Source of the DNA: Mycobacteriales bacterium
GTDB lineage: Bacteria > Actinomycetota > Actinomycetes > Mycobacteriales > CADCTP01
Assembly: GCA_035995165.1 (NCBI GenBank)
Contig: DASYKU010000027.1
Span: 37,733 to 101,732 of the forward strand
DNA: 64,000 bases
Direction of reading: 5' to 3'
Made by a program: the position numbers and the translations under genes. Of this stretch, positions 1 to 10,900 are shown piece after piece. The notes beneath the pieces were generated by a model that saw nothing but the letters and a program-made list of their open reading frames with translations, was not told the DNA's origin and ran no database searches. Positions within the stretch are counted from its first letter, which is position 1. Each line of letters begins with the position of its first letter.

Positions 1-818
1 AGCGCGACCGGTGGCTGCCGGAGCTGATCGGCGGCGACCTGCTCGGCGCGTACTGCCTCTCGGAGCCGGAGGCCGGCAGCGACCCGGGGGCGATGCGGAT
101 GCGGGCCGTGCGGGATGGCGACCACTGGGTCCTGGACGGCACCAAGGCCTGGGTCACCCACGGCGGTCACGCGGACTTCTACACGGTGCTGGCGCGGACG
201 GCCGAGGGGTCCCGCGGCATCAGCTGCTTCCTGGTCCCGGCCTCGACGCCCGGCCTGACCGCGGCCCGGCCCGAGGAGAAGATGGGCCTGACCGCCTCGG
301 CCACCGCGACGATGAACTTCGACGGCGTCCGGATCGACGCCGACCGGCTGATCGGCGCCGAGGGCCAGGGCCTCGCGATCGCGCTGGCCGCGCTGGACGC
401 CGGCCGGCTCGGCATCGCCGCGGTCGCGACCGGCCTGGCCCAGGCCGCACTCGACCACGCGGTGGCGTACGCGAAGGAGCGCAGGACCTTCGGCAAGGCG
501 ATCATCGACCACCAGGGCCTCGGCTTCCTGCTCGCCGACATGCAGGCCGGCGTCCAGGCGGGCCGGGCCTGCTACCTGGACGCGGCCCGGCGCAAGGACC
601 TCGGCCGGCCGTACGGGAAGGAGGCCAGCATCGCCAAGCTGGTCGCCACCGACGCGGCCATGACGGTGACCACCGACGCCGTCCAGGTCCTCGGCGGCTA
701 CGGCTACACCCGCGACTTCCCGGTCGAGCGGTTCATGCGCGAGGCCAAGGTCATGCAGATCTTCGAGGGCACCAACCAGATCCAGCGCCTGGTGATCAGC
801 CGCCAGCTGGCGCGCTGA
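1..818 (+). CDS. acyl-CoA dehydrogenase, C-terminal part (5' end lies outside the window)
   Basis: The frame is open from the window edge (RDRWLPELIGGDLLGAYCLSEPEAGSDPGAMRM...). The LSEPxAGSD motif and the C-terminal FEGTNQIQRLVISRQL motif are typical of ACADs. The ORF-track start at 93 is internal. Confidence 0.9.
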   Translation, partial: RDRWLPELIGGDLLGAYCLSEPEAGSDPGAMRMRAVRDGDHWVLDGTKAWVTHGGHADFYTVLARTAEGSRGISCFLVPASTPGLTAARPEEKMGLTASATATMNFDGVRIDADRLIGAEGQGLAIALAALDAGRLGIAAVATGLAQAALDHAVAYAKERRTFGKAIIDHQGLGFLLADMQAGVQAGRACYLDAARRKDLGRPYGKEASIAKLVATDAAMTVTTDAVQVLGGYGYTRDFPVERFMREAKVMQIFEGTNQIQRLVISRQLAR

Positions 819-1638
819 GCGCGGGCGCCAGTCGCTGCAGGTCGGCCAGGGGGTCGGCGCCGAGGGCCTGGATGGTCACGTGGTCGGCGCCGGCCTCGAG
901 GTGCGCGTTCAGCTGGGCCGCGACCTGCTCGGGCGTGCCGTGCGCGACGACCGCGTCGACCAGCCGGTCGCTGCCGGTGCCGACCAGGTCGTCGTTGGTG
1001 AAGCCGAGCCGCCGCAGGTTGTTGGTGTAGTTCACCAGGCCGAGGTAGCGCTCGACGATCTCCCGGCCGGCCGCGCGGGCCCGCTCCGGGTCGGCGTCGA
1101 GCACGACCTTGTGCTCCGGCGCGAGCAGCGGCTGCGGGCCGATCTCGGCCCGGGCCAGCCGGCTGTGCTCCGGCGGCACCAGGTACGGGTGGACGCCCGC
1201 GGTCCGCTCGGCCCCGAGCCGCAGCACCTTCGGGCCGAGCGCGGCCAGCACCATCCGCTGCGCCGGCACCCCGGCCGCCAGCAGCCCGTCCACGAACCGG
1301 GAGATCGTGTCGTACGGCTTCTCGTACTGCTGCCACATCTCGCGGTGGCCGGTGCCGATGCCGAGCACGAACCGGTCCGCGTGCCGGGCCGCCACCCGCT
1401 GGTACGCCGCGGCCACCGACGCCGCGTCGGCCTGCCAGACGTTGACGATGCCGGTCGCGACGACGAGCGTGCCGGTCGCGTCGAGCAGCTGCTCGGCCAG
1501 GGCCAGGTCGGCGGCCGCGCCGCCGAGCCAGAACGCGCCGTACCCGGCGGCCTCCACCCCGGCCGCGAGCTCGGGCGTCGCCACCCGCGAGCTCTGCCAC
1601 ACGCCGTACCGGCCCAGCTGTTCGCGCAAGGAGGTCAT
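796..1638 (-). CDS. LLM-class (luciferase-like) F420-dependent oxidoreductase, 280 aa
   Basis: This is the distal part of the 945-aa composite ORF 796..3633. ATG at 1636-1638 gives MTSLREQLGRYGVWQSS... The sequence is luciferase-like TIM-barrel type; upstream of this ATG the frame turns Arg/Pro/Gly-rich and looks non-coding. Confidence 0.8.
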   Translation of the reverse strand: MTSLREQLGRYGVWQSSRVATPELAAGVEAAGYGAFWLGGAAADLALAEQLLDATGTLVVATGIVNVWQADAASVAAAYQRVAARHADRFVLGIGTGHREMWQQYEKPYDTISRFVDGLLAAGVPAQRMVLAALGPKVLRLGAERTAGVHPYLVPPEHSRLARAEIGPQPLLAPEHKVVLDADPERARAAGREIVERYLGLVNYTNNLRRLGFTNDDLVGTGSDRLVDAVVAHGTPEQVAAQLNAHLEAGADHVTIQALGADPLADLQRLAPALSAPAGG

Positions 1639-1767
1639 GTCTGTCGGCAACGCCCCGGGGGTCTCGTTGTTCCGGGGTCCGGTGGCCGCCGTCACATGGT
1701 GTTCACCCGCCTGACGGCTAGTCTGAAACAGGTAACTATTCGCGCCGCTGCCGCCCGGGAGGCCCCG

Positions 1768-2913
1768 ATGCCCGCTCGCGATGCCGTCATCGTCGACGCT
1801 GTCAGGACCCCGGTGGGGAAGAAGAAGGGCTCGCTGTCCCAGTGGCACTCGGCGGACCTGTCCGCGCACGTGCTGCGGGCGCTGGCCACCCGCACCGGCC
1901 TCGACCCGGCCGTGATCGACGACGTGATCTGGGGCTGCGTCCAGCAGGTCGGGCAGCAGAGCTACAACGTCGGCCGGATGGGCGTGCTCGCGGCCGGCTG
2001 GCCCGAGTCCGTGCCGGCCGTGACGATCGACCGCCAGTGCGGCTCCTCCCAGCAGTCCATCCACTTCGCTGCCGCCGGCCTGATCTCCGGTCAGTACGAC
2101 GTGGCCGTCGCCGGCGGCGTCGAGATCATGAGCGCGGTCCCGCTCGGCGCCTCCTTCGCCGGCGGCGACTACGGCTTTCCCGGCGGTCCGCTGGTGTCCC
2201 AGCGCTACGACGGCGTCCAGTTCAACCAGGGCGTCGGCGCCGAGATCATGGTCGACAAGTGGGGCCTGTCCCGGGCCCAGCTGGACGAGTTCGCCGCCGC
2301 CTCGCACGCGAAGCTGGCCGCCGCGATCGACGCCGGCACGCTGACCGGGCAGCTCGCGCCGGTGGGCGAGTTCGCGGTGGACGAGGGGCTGCGCCGCGGC
2401 ACCTCGGCCGAGACGCTGGCGGCCCTCAAGCCCTCGTTCAAGCCGGACGGCTCCGTGCACGCCGGCAACGCCTCCCAGATCAGCGACGGCGCGGCCGCGC
2501 TGCTGATGACCACTTCGGAGAAGGCGGCCGAGCTCGGGCTGACGCCGATCGCCCGGGTGCACACCGCGGTGCTGGCCGGCGACGACCCGGTGATGATGCT
2601 GGGCGCGCCGATCCCGGCGACGTTCAGGGCGCTGTCCCGCAGTGGACTGTCCATTTCGGACATCGGCGCGTTCGAGGTCAACGAGGCGTTCGCGCCGGTG
2701 CCGCTGGCCTGGCTGGCCGAGACCGGCGCCGACCCGGCCAAGCTCAACGTGCACGGCGGCGCCATCGCGATCGGCCACCCGCTGGGCGCGTCCGGGGCCC
2801 GGCTCGCCACCACGCTGCTGCACCACATGACCGACGACGGCATCCGCTACGGCCTGCAGACGATGTGCGAGGGCGGCGGCCTCGCCAACGCCACCATCTT
2901 CGAGCGGCTCTGA
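1768..2913 (+). CDS. acetyl-CoA C-acyltransferase (thiolase), 381 aa
   Basis: ATG at 1768 gives MPARDAVIVDAVRTPVGKKKG... The active-site context DRQCGSSQQ and the C-terminal CEGGGLANATIFERL are thiolase hallmarks. Confidence 0.9.
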   Translation: MPARDAVIVDAVRTPVGKKKGSLSQWHSADLSAHVLRALATRTGLDPAVIDDVIWGCVQQVGQQSYNVGRMGVLAAGWPESVPAVTIDRQCGSSQQSIHFAAAGLISGQYDVAVAGGVEIMSAVPLGASFAGGDYGFPGGPLVSQRYDGVQFNQGVGAEIMVDKWGLSRAQLDEFAAASHAKLAAAIDAGTLTGQLAPVGEFAVDEGLRRGTSAETLAALKPSFKPDGSVHAGNASQISDGAAALLMTTSEKAAELGLTPIARVHTAVLAGDDPVMMLGAPIPATFRALSRSGLSISDIGAFEVNEAFAPVPLAWLAETGADPAKLNVHGGAIAIGHPLGASGARLATTLLHHMTDDGIRYGLQTMCEGGGLANATIFERL

Positions 2914-2916
2914 GGC

Positions 2917-3717
2917 GTGCCGCCGTACACGGAGCTGTTCAGCCCCGTGCTGCCCGGGATCCGCGCGCCCAAGACCGCCGAGCTGATCGCGGCCCGGCTG
3001 CGCGGCCAGATCGTCCGCGGCGAGCTGCGGGCGGGCAGTCGGCTGCCGCCGGAGGCCGAGCTGCAGGAGTCGTTCGGGGTGTCCCGGCCGACGCTGCGGG
3101 AGGCGTTCCGGATCCTGGAGGCGGAGTCGCTGCTCTCGGTCCGGCGCGGTGCCCGCGGCGGGGCCCAGGTCGTCGTCCCCGACCTCTCGATCGCGGCCCG
3201 GCACGTCGGCACCCTGCTGCAGATCAGCGGCACCACGATCGGCGAGGTGTACGAGGCCCGGCTGGCGATCGAGCCGGCCGCGGCCCGGATGCTCGCGCTG
3301 CGGCGGCGCCGGGAGGCCGTGACCCGGCTGCGGGACTATGTCGGGATGCTGCAGACGATGGCCACCGACGGCGCGCCGGTGCAGGACTGGGCCCGGGCCA
3401 CCTCCGGCTTCCACGACCTCGTCGTCGAGCTGGCCGGCAACAAGGCGCTGGCGGTGGCGGCCGGGGTGCTGCGTGAGGTCGCGGCGACCCACGTCGCGGT
3501 CGCCTTCGTCCGCACGTACGAGCGGCCGGGGCTGCCGGCGTCGATGACCAAGGCGGTCCGGTCGTACGGGAAGCTGGTCGACCTGGTCGAGGCCCGCGAC
3601 GGCGACGGCGCGGAGAAACACTGGCGGACCCACCTGCAGGTGGCCGGCAAGGTGCTCTTCGGCGCGGAGGCCGCCGCCGGCGTCCTGGACCTGTACGAGA
3701 AACCCGCTCGTTCCTAG
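2917..3717 (+). CDS. GntR/FadR-family transcriptional regulator
   Basis: The N-terminal winged HTH ([43 protein letters not shown]) is followed by a helical FCD-like C-terminal domain. GTG start lies 3 nt after the thiolase stop. Confidence 0.85.
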   Translation: MPPYTELFSPVLPGIRAPKTAELIAARLRGQIVRGELRAGSRLPPEAELQESFGVSRPTLREAFRILEAESLLSVRRGARGGAQVVVPDLSIAARHVGTLLQISGTTIGEVYEARLAIEPAAARMLALRRRREAVTRLRDYVGMLQTMATDGAPVQDWARATSGFHDLVVELAGNKALAVAAGVLREVAATHVAVAFVRTYERPGLPASMTKAVRSYGKLVDLVEARDGDGAEKHWRTHLQVAGKVLFGAEAAAGVLDLYEKPARS

Positions 3718-3728
3718 GGAGTCACAGC

Positions 3729-4781
3729 ATGCGCGTCGGGATGCCGATCGCCTACGCCGGCGGGTTCACCGAGACGGTCGAGCAGCTCGGCGACTACGAG
3801 AAGGCCGGGCTGGACATCGTGTTCCTGCCCGAGGCGTACTCGTTCGACTCGGTCAGCCAGCTCGGCTACGTGGCCGCGAAGACGACCACGCTGGAGCTCG
3901 GCGCGGACATCCTCAACGTCTACTCGCGGACCCCGGCGCTGCTGGCGATGACCGCGGCCGGGCTGGACTACGTCTCCGGCGGGCGGTTCACCCTCGGGCT
4001 GGGCGCGTCCGGGCCGCAGGTCGTCGAGGGCTTCCACGGGGTGCCGTACACGGCCCCGGTGGGGCGGACCCGCGAGGTGGTCGAGATCTGCCGGCAGGTC
4101 TGGCGCCGGGAGCGGGTGTCGTACGCGGGGAAGCACTTCACCGTCCCGCTGGACGCCGAGCACGGCGGCACCGGCCTGGGCAAGCCGCTGAAGCTCATCA
4201 ACCACCCGGTCCGGGACCGGATCCCGATCACGCTGGCCGCGCTCGGGCCGAAGAACGTCGCGCTGGCCGCGGAGATCGCCGAGGGCTGGGAGCCGGTCTT
4301 CTTCTACCCGGAGCGGGCGCAGGAGACGTTCGGAGAGTCGCTCGCGGCCGGCAAGGCCAGGCGGGACCCGGCGCTCGGGCCGCTGCAGATCGTGGTCGAC
4401 ACCCAGGTCGCGATCACCTCCTCCGCCGAGGAGGAGGCCGCGGCGCTGGCCCGGGTCCGCGACCAGCTCGCCCTCTACGTCGGCGGGATGGGTGCCCGCG
4501 GCCGCAACTTCTACAACGACCTCGCGGTCCGGTACGGGTTCGCCGACGCGGCCGCGACCGTGCAGGGCCTCTACCTGGCCGGGCGCAAGGACGAGGCCGC
4601 CGCGGCGCTGCCGGACGAGCTGGTCCGCGGGGTGACCCTGATCGGCCCTCCGGGGGCGGTCGCGGAGCGTGTCGCGGCGTTCCGGGAGGCGGGCGCGACC
4701 ACCCTGAACGCGAGCCCGCTGGCGTCGACGCACGAGCAACGGGTACGGGACATCGAGCGGCTCGCAGAGCTGAGCCGGTAA
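3729..4781 (+). CDS. LLM-class F420-dependent oxidoreductase, 350 aa
   Basis: Luciferase-like sequence: [56 protein letters not shown]. An RBS-like GGGAG lies upstream of the ATG. Confidence 0.85.
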   Translation: MRVGMPIAYAGGFTETVEQLGDYEKAGLDIVFLPEAYSFDSVSQLGYVAAKTTTLELGADILNVYSRTPALLAMTAAGLDYVSGGRFTLGLGASGPQVVEGFHGVPYTAPVGRTREVVEICRQVWRRERVSYAGKHFTVPLDAEHGGTGLGKPLKLINHPVRDRIPITLAALGPKNVALAAEIAEGWEPVFFYPERAQETFGESLAAGKARRDPALGPLQIVVDTQVAITSSAEEEAAALARVRDQLALYVGGMGARGRNFYNDLAVRYGFADAAATVQGLYLAGRKDEAAAALPDELVRGVTLIGPPGAVAERVAAFREAGATTLNASPLASTHEQRVRDIERLAELSR

Positions 4782-4792
4782 AGGAGGCCTGG

Positions 4793-5557
4793 GTGAACAT
4801 CGACGGCAGCGTGGCGGTCGTGACCGGCGGCGCGAGCGGACTGGGGCTGGCCACCGCGCGGCGGCTGGTCAAGGCCGGCGCCAAGGCGGTGCTGGTCGAC
4901 CTGCCCAGCTCCAAGGGCGACGAGGTCGCGGCGAGCCTCGGCGGCGCCGCGGTGTTCGCGGCCGCGGACGTCACCGACCCGGACGCGGTCGCCTCCGCGC
5001 TGGACGCGGCCGACGAGCTCGGCACCCTGCGGGTGCTGGTGAACTGCGCCGGCATCGGCACCCCCGGCCGGGTGCTGGGCCGGGACGGCTCGGCGTACGC
5101 GCTGGAGCCGTTCGTCAAGGTCCTGCAGGTCAACCTCATCGGCACGTTCAACATGATCCGGCTGGCGGCCGAGCGCATCGCCCGGGCCGAGCCGGTCGGC
5201 GAGGAGCGCGGCGTCATCGTCAACACCGCCTCGGTGGCCGCGTACGAGGGCCAGATCGGGCAGGCGGCGTACTCGGCGTCCAAGGGCGGCATCGTCGGCA
5301 TGACGCTGCCGATCGCGCGGGACCTGGCCCAGCGCCGGATCCGGGTCGTCACGATCGCGCCGGGGCTGTTCAACACGCCGCTGCTGGCCGGGCTGCCGGA
5401 GGAGGCGCGCAACTCCCTCGGCGGGCAGGTGCCGCACCCTTCGCGGCTGGGCGAGCCCGACGAGTACGGCGCGCTGGTCGAGCACATCGTGGCCAACCCG
5501 ATGCTCAACGGCGAGGTCATCCGGCTCGACGGCGCGATCCGGATGGCTCCGCGCTAA
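4793..5557 (+). CDS. SDR-family 3-hydroxyacyl-CoA dehydrogenase (type-2 HSD-like)
   Basis: Contains VTGGASGLG (Rossmann), NCAGIG and the catalytic YSASKGG. AAGGAGG RBS lies upstream of the GTG start. Confidence 0.85.
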   Translation: MNIDGSVAVVTGGASGLGLATARRLVKAGAKAVLVDLPSSKGDEVAASLGGAAVFAAADVTDPDAVASALDAADELGTLRVLVNCAGIGTPGRVLGRDGSAYALEPFVKVLQVNLIGTFNMIRLAAERIARAEPVGEERGVIVNTASVAAYEGQIGQAAYSASKGGIVGMTLPIARDLAQRRIRVVTIAPGLFNTPLLAGLPEEARNSLGGQVPHPSRLGEPDEYGALVEHIVANPMLNGEVIRLDGAIRMAPR

Positions 5558-5585
5558 CCTTTTTCCTTTCCAGAGAGGCTTTCTC

Positions 5586-6113
5586 GTGAGCGTGTACGAC
5601 TACTCGGTCACCTTCCCCGACGGCTCGACCAAGCCGCTGTCGGACTGGGCCGGACAGCCGCTGCTGTTGATCAACGTGGCCAGCAAGTGCGGCTTCACCC
5701 CGCAGTACGAGGGGCTGGAGGCACTGCAGCGCGGCGGCGACGTGCAGCTGATCGGCTTCCCCTGCAACCAGTTCGGCGACCAGGAGCCGGGCTCGGACGC
5801 CGAGATCGCGGACTTCTGCAAGGCCACGTACGACGTGACGTTCCCGATGTCGACCAAGATCGACGTGAACGGGCCGTCCACCGACCCGCTCTGGGCCTAC
5901 CTGCGGGCGCAGGCGCCGGGAGACTTCGGCCCGTCCGCCGGGATGCTCTACGAGATCCTCAAGGAGCGGAAGCCCGAGACGATCGGCACCGACGAGGTCA
6001 AGTGGAACTTCACCAAGTTCCTCGTCGACGGCGACGGCAAGGTCGTGCGCCGCTACGAGTCGTACGAGACCCCCCAGCAGATCGGGTCAGACCTGGCTGC
6101 GCACGCGGGTTAG
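5586..6113 (+). CDS. glutathione peroxidase
   Basis: Contains LLINVASKCGFTPQYEGLE (peroxidatic Cys), FPCNQFGDQEPG and VKWNFTKFLV, the classic GPx motifs. Confidence 0.9.
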   Translation: MSVYDYSVTFPDGSTKPLSDWAGQPLLLINVASKCGFTPQYEGLEALQRGGDVQLIGFPCNQFGDQEPGSDAEIADFCKATYDVTFPMSTKIDVNGPSTDPLWAYLRAQAPGDFGPSAGMLYEILKERKPETIGTDEVKWNFTKFLVDGDGKVVRRYESYETPQQIGSDLAAHAG

Positions 6114-6506
6114 CCGGGTCACCAGGCGCTGGTGCTTGGCCGGGCCGCGGACGTCCCAGACCGTACGGATCCGGTCACCGTCCACTGTGACCAGTCCACT
6201 GTAGACATCCGCGCGGCACGGGTGCGTCACCGGCGTACCCGGCCGCCACGGGTGGAACGGGCGGCCGTCGTCGAACTCGGCCCACCAGCCGTCCGCGTGC
6301 TCGCGCAGCAGGTACGTGCGGGTGACCGGGTGGTCGGTGCCGGCCCACCGCAGCGTGCCCCGCTCGGCCCAGCGCAGGCCGGCGCCGTCCGGTGCGATCA
6401 CCAGCTCGCCCCGGACGGTGCCCTGCCGGCCGGTCCGCCTGTCGGCGACCCGGCGGGCCAGCGACCAGCGGCCGATCAGGTCCTCCACGGCGGCCCTGGC
6501 GTCCAC
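6087..6506 (-). CDS. DUF6314-like hypothetical protein, 139 aa
   Basis: Intact ORF 6 nt downstream of ndh on the same strand. The pattern GRWSLARRVADRRTG...HPCRADVYSG...WDVRGPAK resembles the DUF6314 family as I remember it. Confidence 0.55.
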   Translation of the reverse strand: MDARAAVEDLIGRWSLARRVADRRTGRQGTVRGELVIAPDGAGLRWAERGTLRWAGTDHPVTRTYLLREHADGWWAEFDDGRPFHPWRPGTPVTHPCRADVYSGLVTVDGDRIRTVWDVRGPAKHQRLVTRLTRVRSQV

Positions 6507-6512
6507 GACGGC

Positions 6513-7793
6513 TCAGGCCGGGGGCTGGTCCTGCAGCGGTACGTCGTCCCCGCGGACGAGGTCCAGCCGCTGCGTCTGGGCGCCGAGCGCGAAGTGCTCG
6601 GCCCAGTCCACCGCGGTCCGGATCCGGTTCCCGGGCATCACGCTGAGGTGGTAACCGCGGGTCACGACCTTGGCCGGGAACCCGCCCAGCGGGACGCCGA
6701 GCGGGTCGGCCGCGCCGTCGAAGCCGCCGAGGTCGATGACGAAGCCGAGGTTGCGGTGCCGGTACTGCTGGCGCCGGCCGTGGCCGAGCGTCGCCGCGAT
6801 GTTCTTGCCGGCCCGGGCGCCCTGCCGCTGCGCGTGCTGCGCGGTCATCGCGGTGACCTCGCCGGGCCGGGTCAGGTCCGGCACGGCGGCGGCGTCCCCG
6901 CAGGCCCACAACCCCGGCTGCCCCGGTACGGACAGGTCGGCGTCGACGACCAGCCGGCCCTTCTCGGTCGGCAGCCCCAGCGTCTCCACCAGGTGGTCGG
7001 GCCGGACCCCCACGCACCAGATCAGCGACCGGGTCGGCACGCTGCTGCCGTCCGAGAGCGTCACGCCGTCGCCGGTGGCCTCCTTGACCGAGGTCCTCAT
7101 CCGGACCTCGACCCCGCGCTCCCCCAGCGTCCGCGCCGCCACCGCGGACAGCCGCTCGGACAGCCCCGGCAGCACCCGGTCCGCGGTGTCGAGCAGCAAC
7201 CACCGGGCCCGCGCACCCGCCAGCCGCGGGTGCTTGGCCAGCAGCGCCCGCGTCGCCAGCACGCCCTGGGCCGCGACCTCGGTCCCGGTGTAGCCGGCCC
7301 CGACCACCACGAACGTCAGCCGGGCCGAGCGCTCGTCGGTGTCCTCGGCCTGGTCCGCGAGCTCGACCTGGCGGACCAGGTGGTCGCGCAGGTAGACGGC
7401 CTCGGCCAGGTTGCGGAACCCGTGCGCGTGCTCGCCGACGCCGGGCACCGGCAGCAGCTTGTTCACGCTGCCGCTGGTCAGCAGCAGCTGGTCGTAGGTC
7501 AGCGTCTGGTCGTCGCCGTCGGTGTCGCGGTAGGTGACCGACCGGCCGGCCAGGTCGACGGTGTGCACCGTCCCGACCGCGAGCCGCACCCCGGGCAGCG
7601 CGCCCGGCAGCGAGACCGCGACCCGCCGCGGGTCCAGGATCCCGGCCGCGACCTCCGGCAGGAGCGGTACGTACAGGAAGTAGTCGGTCGGGTTCACGAG
7701 GACGACCTCGGCCTCCCCGGCCAGCCGCTTGCACAGCACCTTCGCCGCGTTGAACCCGGCGAACCCACCTCCGACCACCACGACCCTCGTCAT
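6513..7793 (-). CDS. ndh: type II NADH dehydrogenase (NDH-2), 426 aa
   Basis: ATG at 7791-7793 gives MTRVVVVGGGFAGFNAAK (first dinucleotide-binding motif). A second GxGxxG occurs in FVVVGAGYTGTEVAAQ, and the C-terminal WACGDAAAVPD motif is present. Confidence 0.85.
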   Translation of the reverse strand: MTRVVVVGGGFAGFNAAKVLCKRLAGEAEVVLVNPTDYFLYVPLLPEVAAGILDPRRVAVSLPGALPGVRLAVGTVHTVDLAGRSVTYRDTDGDDQTLTYDQLLLTSGSVNKLLPVPGVGEHAHGFRNLAEAVYLRDHLVRQVELADQAEDTDERSARLTFVVVGAGYTGTEVAAQGVLATRALLAKHPRLAGARARWLLLDTADRVLPGLSERLSAVAARTLGERGVEVRMRTSVKEATGDGVTLSDGSSVPTRSLIWCVGVRPDHLVETLGLPTEKGRLVVDADLSVPGQPGLWACGDAAAVPDLTRPGEVTAMTAQHAQRQGARAGKNIAATLGHGRRQQYRHRNLGFVIDLGGFDGAADPLGVPLGGFPAKVVTRGYHLSVMPGNRIRTAVDWAEHFALGAQTQRLDLVRGDDVPLQDQPPA

Positions 7794-7942
7794 GCCGCCG
7801 ACTCTAAACGCCGATCCCGGCACCGTGCTCCGTCAACCGACGGACCGCGACTCCACCACCCGGCCCCCACCCCGGCAGCCCTCCACCGGAGGCGCCGGGG
7901 CGCCGCGGGCCCGGGAGCACGCGGGCTGCGTAGGCTCGGCCG

Positions 7943-10900
7943 GTGCCGGGGATCACGATCGACGCCACGCCGGTGCTCAGCTACGCGATGGCGCACGTCG
8001 GCATCCCGGCGGTGTCCCGGCTGGCGATCGACGGGGTCGAGGCCGACGTACGGGCGGCGCGGCTGCTGCTGTCGGTGCGGGACGCGACGGGCCCGCTGGG
8101 CGCGCCGCAGGAGGTGCTGCTCGACCTGGTCGCGGGCGAGCCGGCCGTCCTCACCGACCTCCGGCTGCTCCTCGACCCGGCGGCGATGCTGCAGGTCGAG
8201 GAGCAGCGGCCGGGCGCCGTCCGGGCCGCGCTGGAGGTCGGCGGGGTCGTGGTCGCGGAGGCGACGGCGCCCACCCGGGTGCTGGCGGCGCAGCAGTGGC
8301 TGGCCTCTCCCCCGGCGCTGGCCCTGGAGCTGCTGGCCGCGTACGTCATGCCGAACCACCCGGCCGTGCACGGGTTCATGGCCGAGGTCGCGGACCGGCT
8401 GCACCGCACCACCGGCAGCGCGTCGATCCAGGGCTACCAGGCCGGCCCGGAGCGGGTGGACGAGATCGTCGGGGCCGTCTTCGCCGCGATGCGGGCCCGC
8501 CGGATCCGGTACGCCGAGCCGCCGGCGAGCTGGGCCGACGACGGCCAGAAGGTGCGCACCCCGGCCGAGGTCCTGGACGACGGCGTCGGCACCTGCCTGG
8601 ACACCGTGGTGACGATGGCGGCCGTGCTGGAGCAGGCCGGGATCCGGCCGCTGCTCTGGATCGCCGCGGGCCACGCGTTCCTCGGCTGGTGGCGGGAGGA
8701 GTCCTCGCTCGGCACGATCGCCGAGCTGGACCCGATGGCCGCCGTCAACCAGGTCGACCTGGGCCGGATCGGGCTGGTCGAGACGACCACGCTGACCGGA
8801 TCGGAGGCGACCCGGCCGCCGGTGGCCGCCACTGCGGTCGCGGTCGTGGACGTGCACGAGGCCCGGCTGAACGGGATCGTGCCGCTGCCGGCCCGGACCC
8901 GCGACGCGGACGGCACCGTCCGGGTCAGCGTCTACACCGCGCCCGCGTCGGTCGTGACCGCGCCGCCCCCGACGCCGGCCGCCGGCGCCCCGGCGCGCCC
9001 GGCCGAGCCGGCCCGGGTCGCCCGCTGGAAGAACGCCCTGCTGGACCTGAGCCTGCGCAACCGGCTGCTGAACTTCACCGCCCGCTCGGCCCTCTCGGTC
9101 ACGGTCCCGGACGGCGGGATCGCCGCGCTGGAGGACCTCCTCCACAGTGGACGGTCGCTGGTCCTGCGGCCGTCGGACGAGCTGTCCGAGGTGGACCGGG
9201 AGCGGGGCGTACGGCACGGGCGGGAGCTGCCCGCGGACCGGCTGGTCGAGCTGCTCACCGGCCGGCAGACCGTGCACGTGGACGTGCCGGCGGCCGCGTA
9301 CCAGACCCGGTTGCGGGCGCTGGCGTACAAGGCCCGCACGATCGTGGAGGAGACCGGGGCCAACAACCTCTACCTCGCGCTGGGCACGCTGGTCTGGGAG
9401 CTGGACGGGCGGCCGCTGCGGTCGCCGCTGGTCCTGGTCCCGGTCCGGCTGAAGGCGGCCGGGCGCGGCGGCCACTACCGGCTGAGCCTGGACGACACCG
9501 GCTCGTCGACGCCGAACTACTGCCTGCTGGAGAAGCTGCGCCAGGTGCACGACCTCGCCCTGCCGGAGCTGGCCGACCCGGCTCTGGACGGCGCCGGGAT
9601 CGACGTCGACGCGGCGTTCGACGCGGTCCGGCGGACGCTGGCCGAGCGCGGGATCCCGTACCGGATCGAGACGACGGCCGACCTGGCCGTGCTGCAGTTC
9701 GCGAAGTTCCGGCTCTGGAAGGACCTGGACGAGCACTGGCCGGCGTTCGCGGCGAACCCGCTGGTCGACCACCTGATCCGGACGCCGATGGACGCGTTCG
9801 CCGACCCGGTCCGCTCGGACCCGGTGCCGGACCTCGACGGGCTCGGCGAGGCCTGCCCGATCCCGGCCGACGGCTCGCAGCTGCGGGCGATCGCCGACGC
9901 GGTCGCCGGCCGGACCTTCGTGCTGGAGGGGCCGCCCGGGACCGGCAAGTCCCAGACGATCACCAACCTGCTCGTCCGGGCGGTCGCCGAGGGCCGGCGG
10001 GTGCTGTTCGTCGCGGAGAAGCGGGCCGCGCTGGACGTCGTGCAGCGCCGCCTGGACGCGGTCGGCATGGGCCCCCTCTCGCTCGACCTGCACGACAAGG
10101 GCAGCAAGCCGACCGCGGTCCGGGAGCAGATCGCCCGCGGCCTCGACCACGTGGTCGCCGCCGACGTCCAGGGACACGAGGTGGCGACGGCCAGGCTGCG
10201 GTCGGCCCGGCAGGCGTTGACCCGCTACCAGTACCAGCTGCACGACCGGAACTCCGCCGGTCTCTCCCTCTACGAGGCCCACGAGGCCGAGCTGGCGTAC
10301 GGCGACGAGGTCCGGGCGATGCCGGTGCCGGAGTCCTTGCTGACGGCGTCCGCGCCCGGGACGGTCGACCGCGTGCGGCAGCTGTTCAGCACGCTGTCCG
10401 AGGTCGCGTACCCGGCCCGGCCGGGACCGCGGCACCCGTGGGGTTTCCTCGACCGGCCCGCGGGCGTCGACGTCGAGGCCACCGCCCGGGCGGCCCGCCG
10501 GCTCGACGCCGCGCTGGGCGGGCTCCCGGCCGACCTCGCCCCGGCGCTCGCCGACCACCGCGACCTGGCCGCGCTGGCCGGCCTGCTGGCGGCCGGGCTC
10601 CCGCTCACCGTCCTGGACGAGTCACGGACCCCGCGCTGGGCGGCCGCGACCGACGACGCCGTCCGGCGGGCGGCCGAGTTCGCGGGCCGCGCGCATCCCG
10701 GACTGGACGTCGTCACGCCCGCGGTGCTGGACCTGCCGGTCGAGGAGATCGACGCCGCGGCCCGGACCGCCGCCGCGAGCGGGTTCGTCGGCCGGCGCAG
10801 GCGGCTGACCGCCGTCCGTGACCGCCTCGCCCCGGTCCTCCGTCCGAACGCGACGGTCAAGCCGAAGCGGCTCCCGGACCTGACCGGACAGCTCGTCGCG

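Noticed and set aside
6132-8612. An 826-aa plus-strand ORF, together with the 519-aa minus-strand ORF 6175..7734, overlapping ndh.
   Set aside because: The composition is extreme in Arg, Pro, Gly and Ala and has no motifs. These are out-of-frame or antisense shadows of the well-supported NDH-2 gene, typical of very GC-rich DNA.
7729-10821. A 1,030-aa plus-strand ORF and the 922-aa minus-strand ORF 7790..10558, overlapping the helicase gene.
   Set aside because: These are low-complexity RGPA-rich translations. The frame starting at 7943 carries all the recognisable helicase and DUF4011 motifs.
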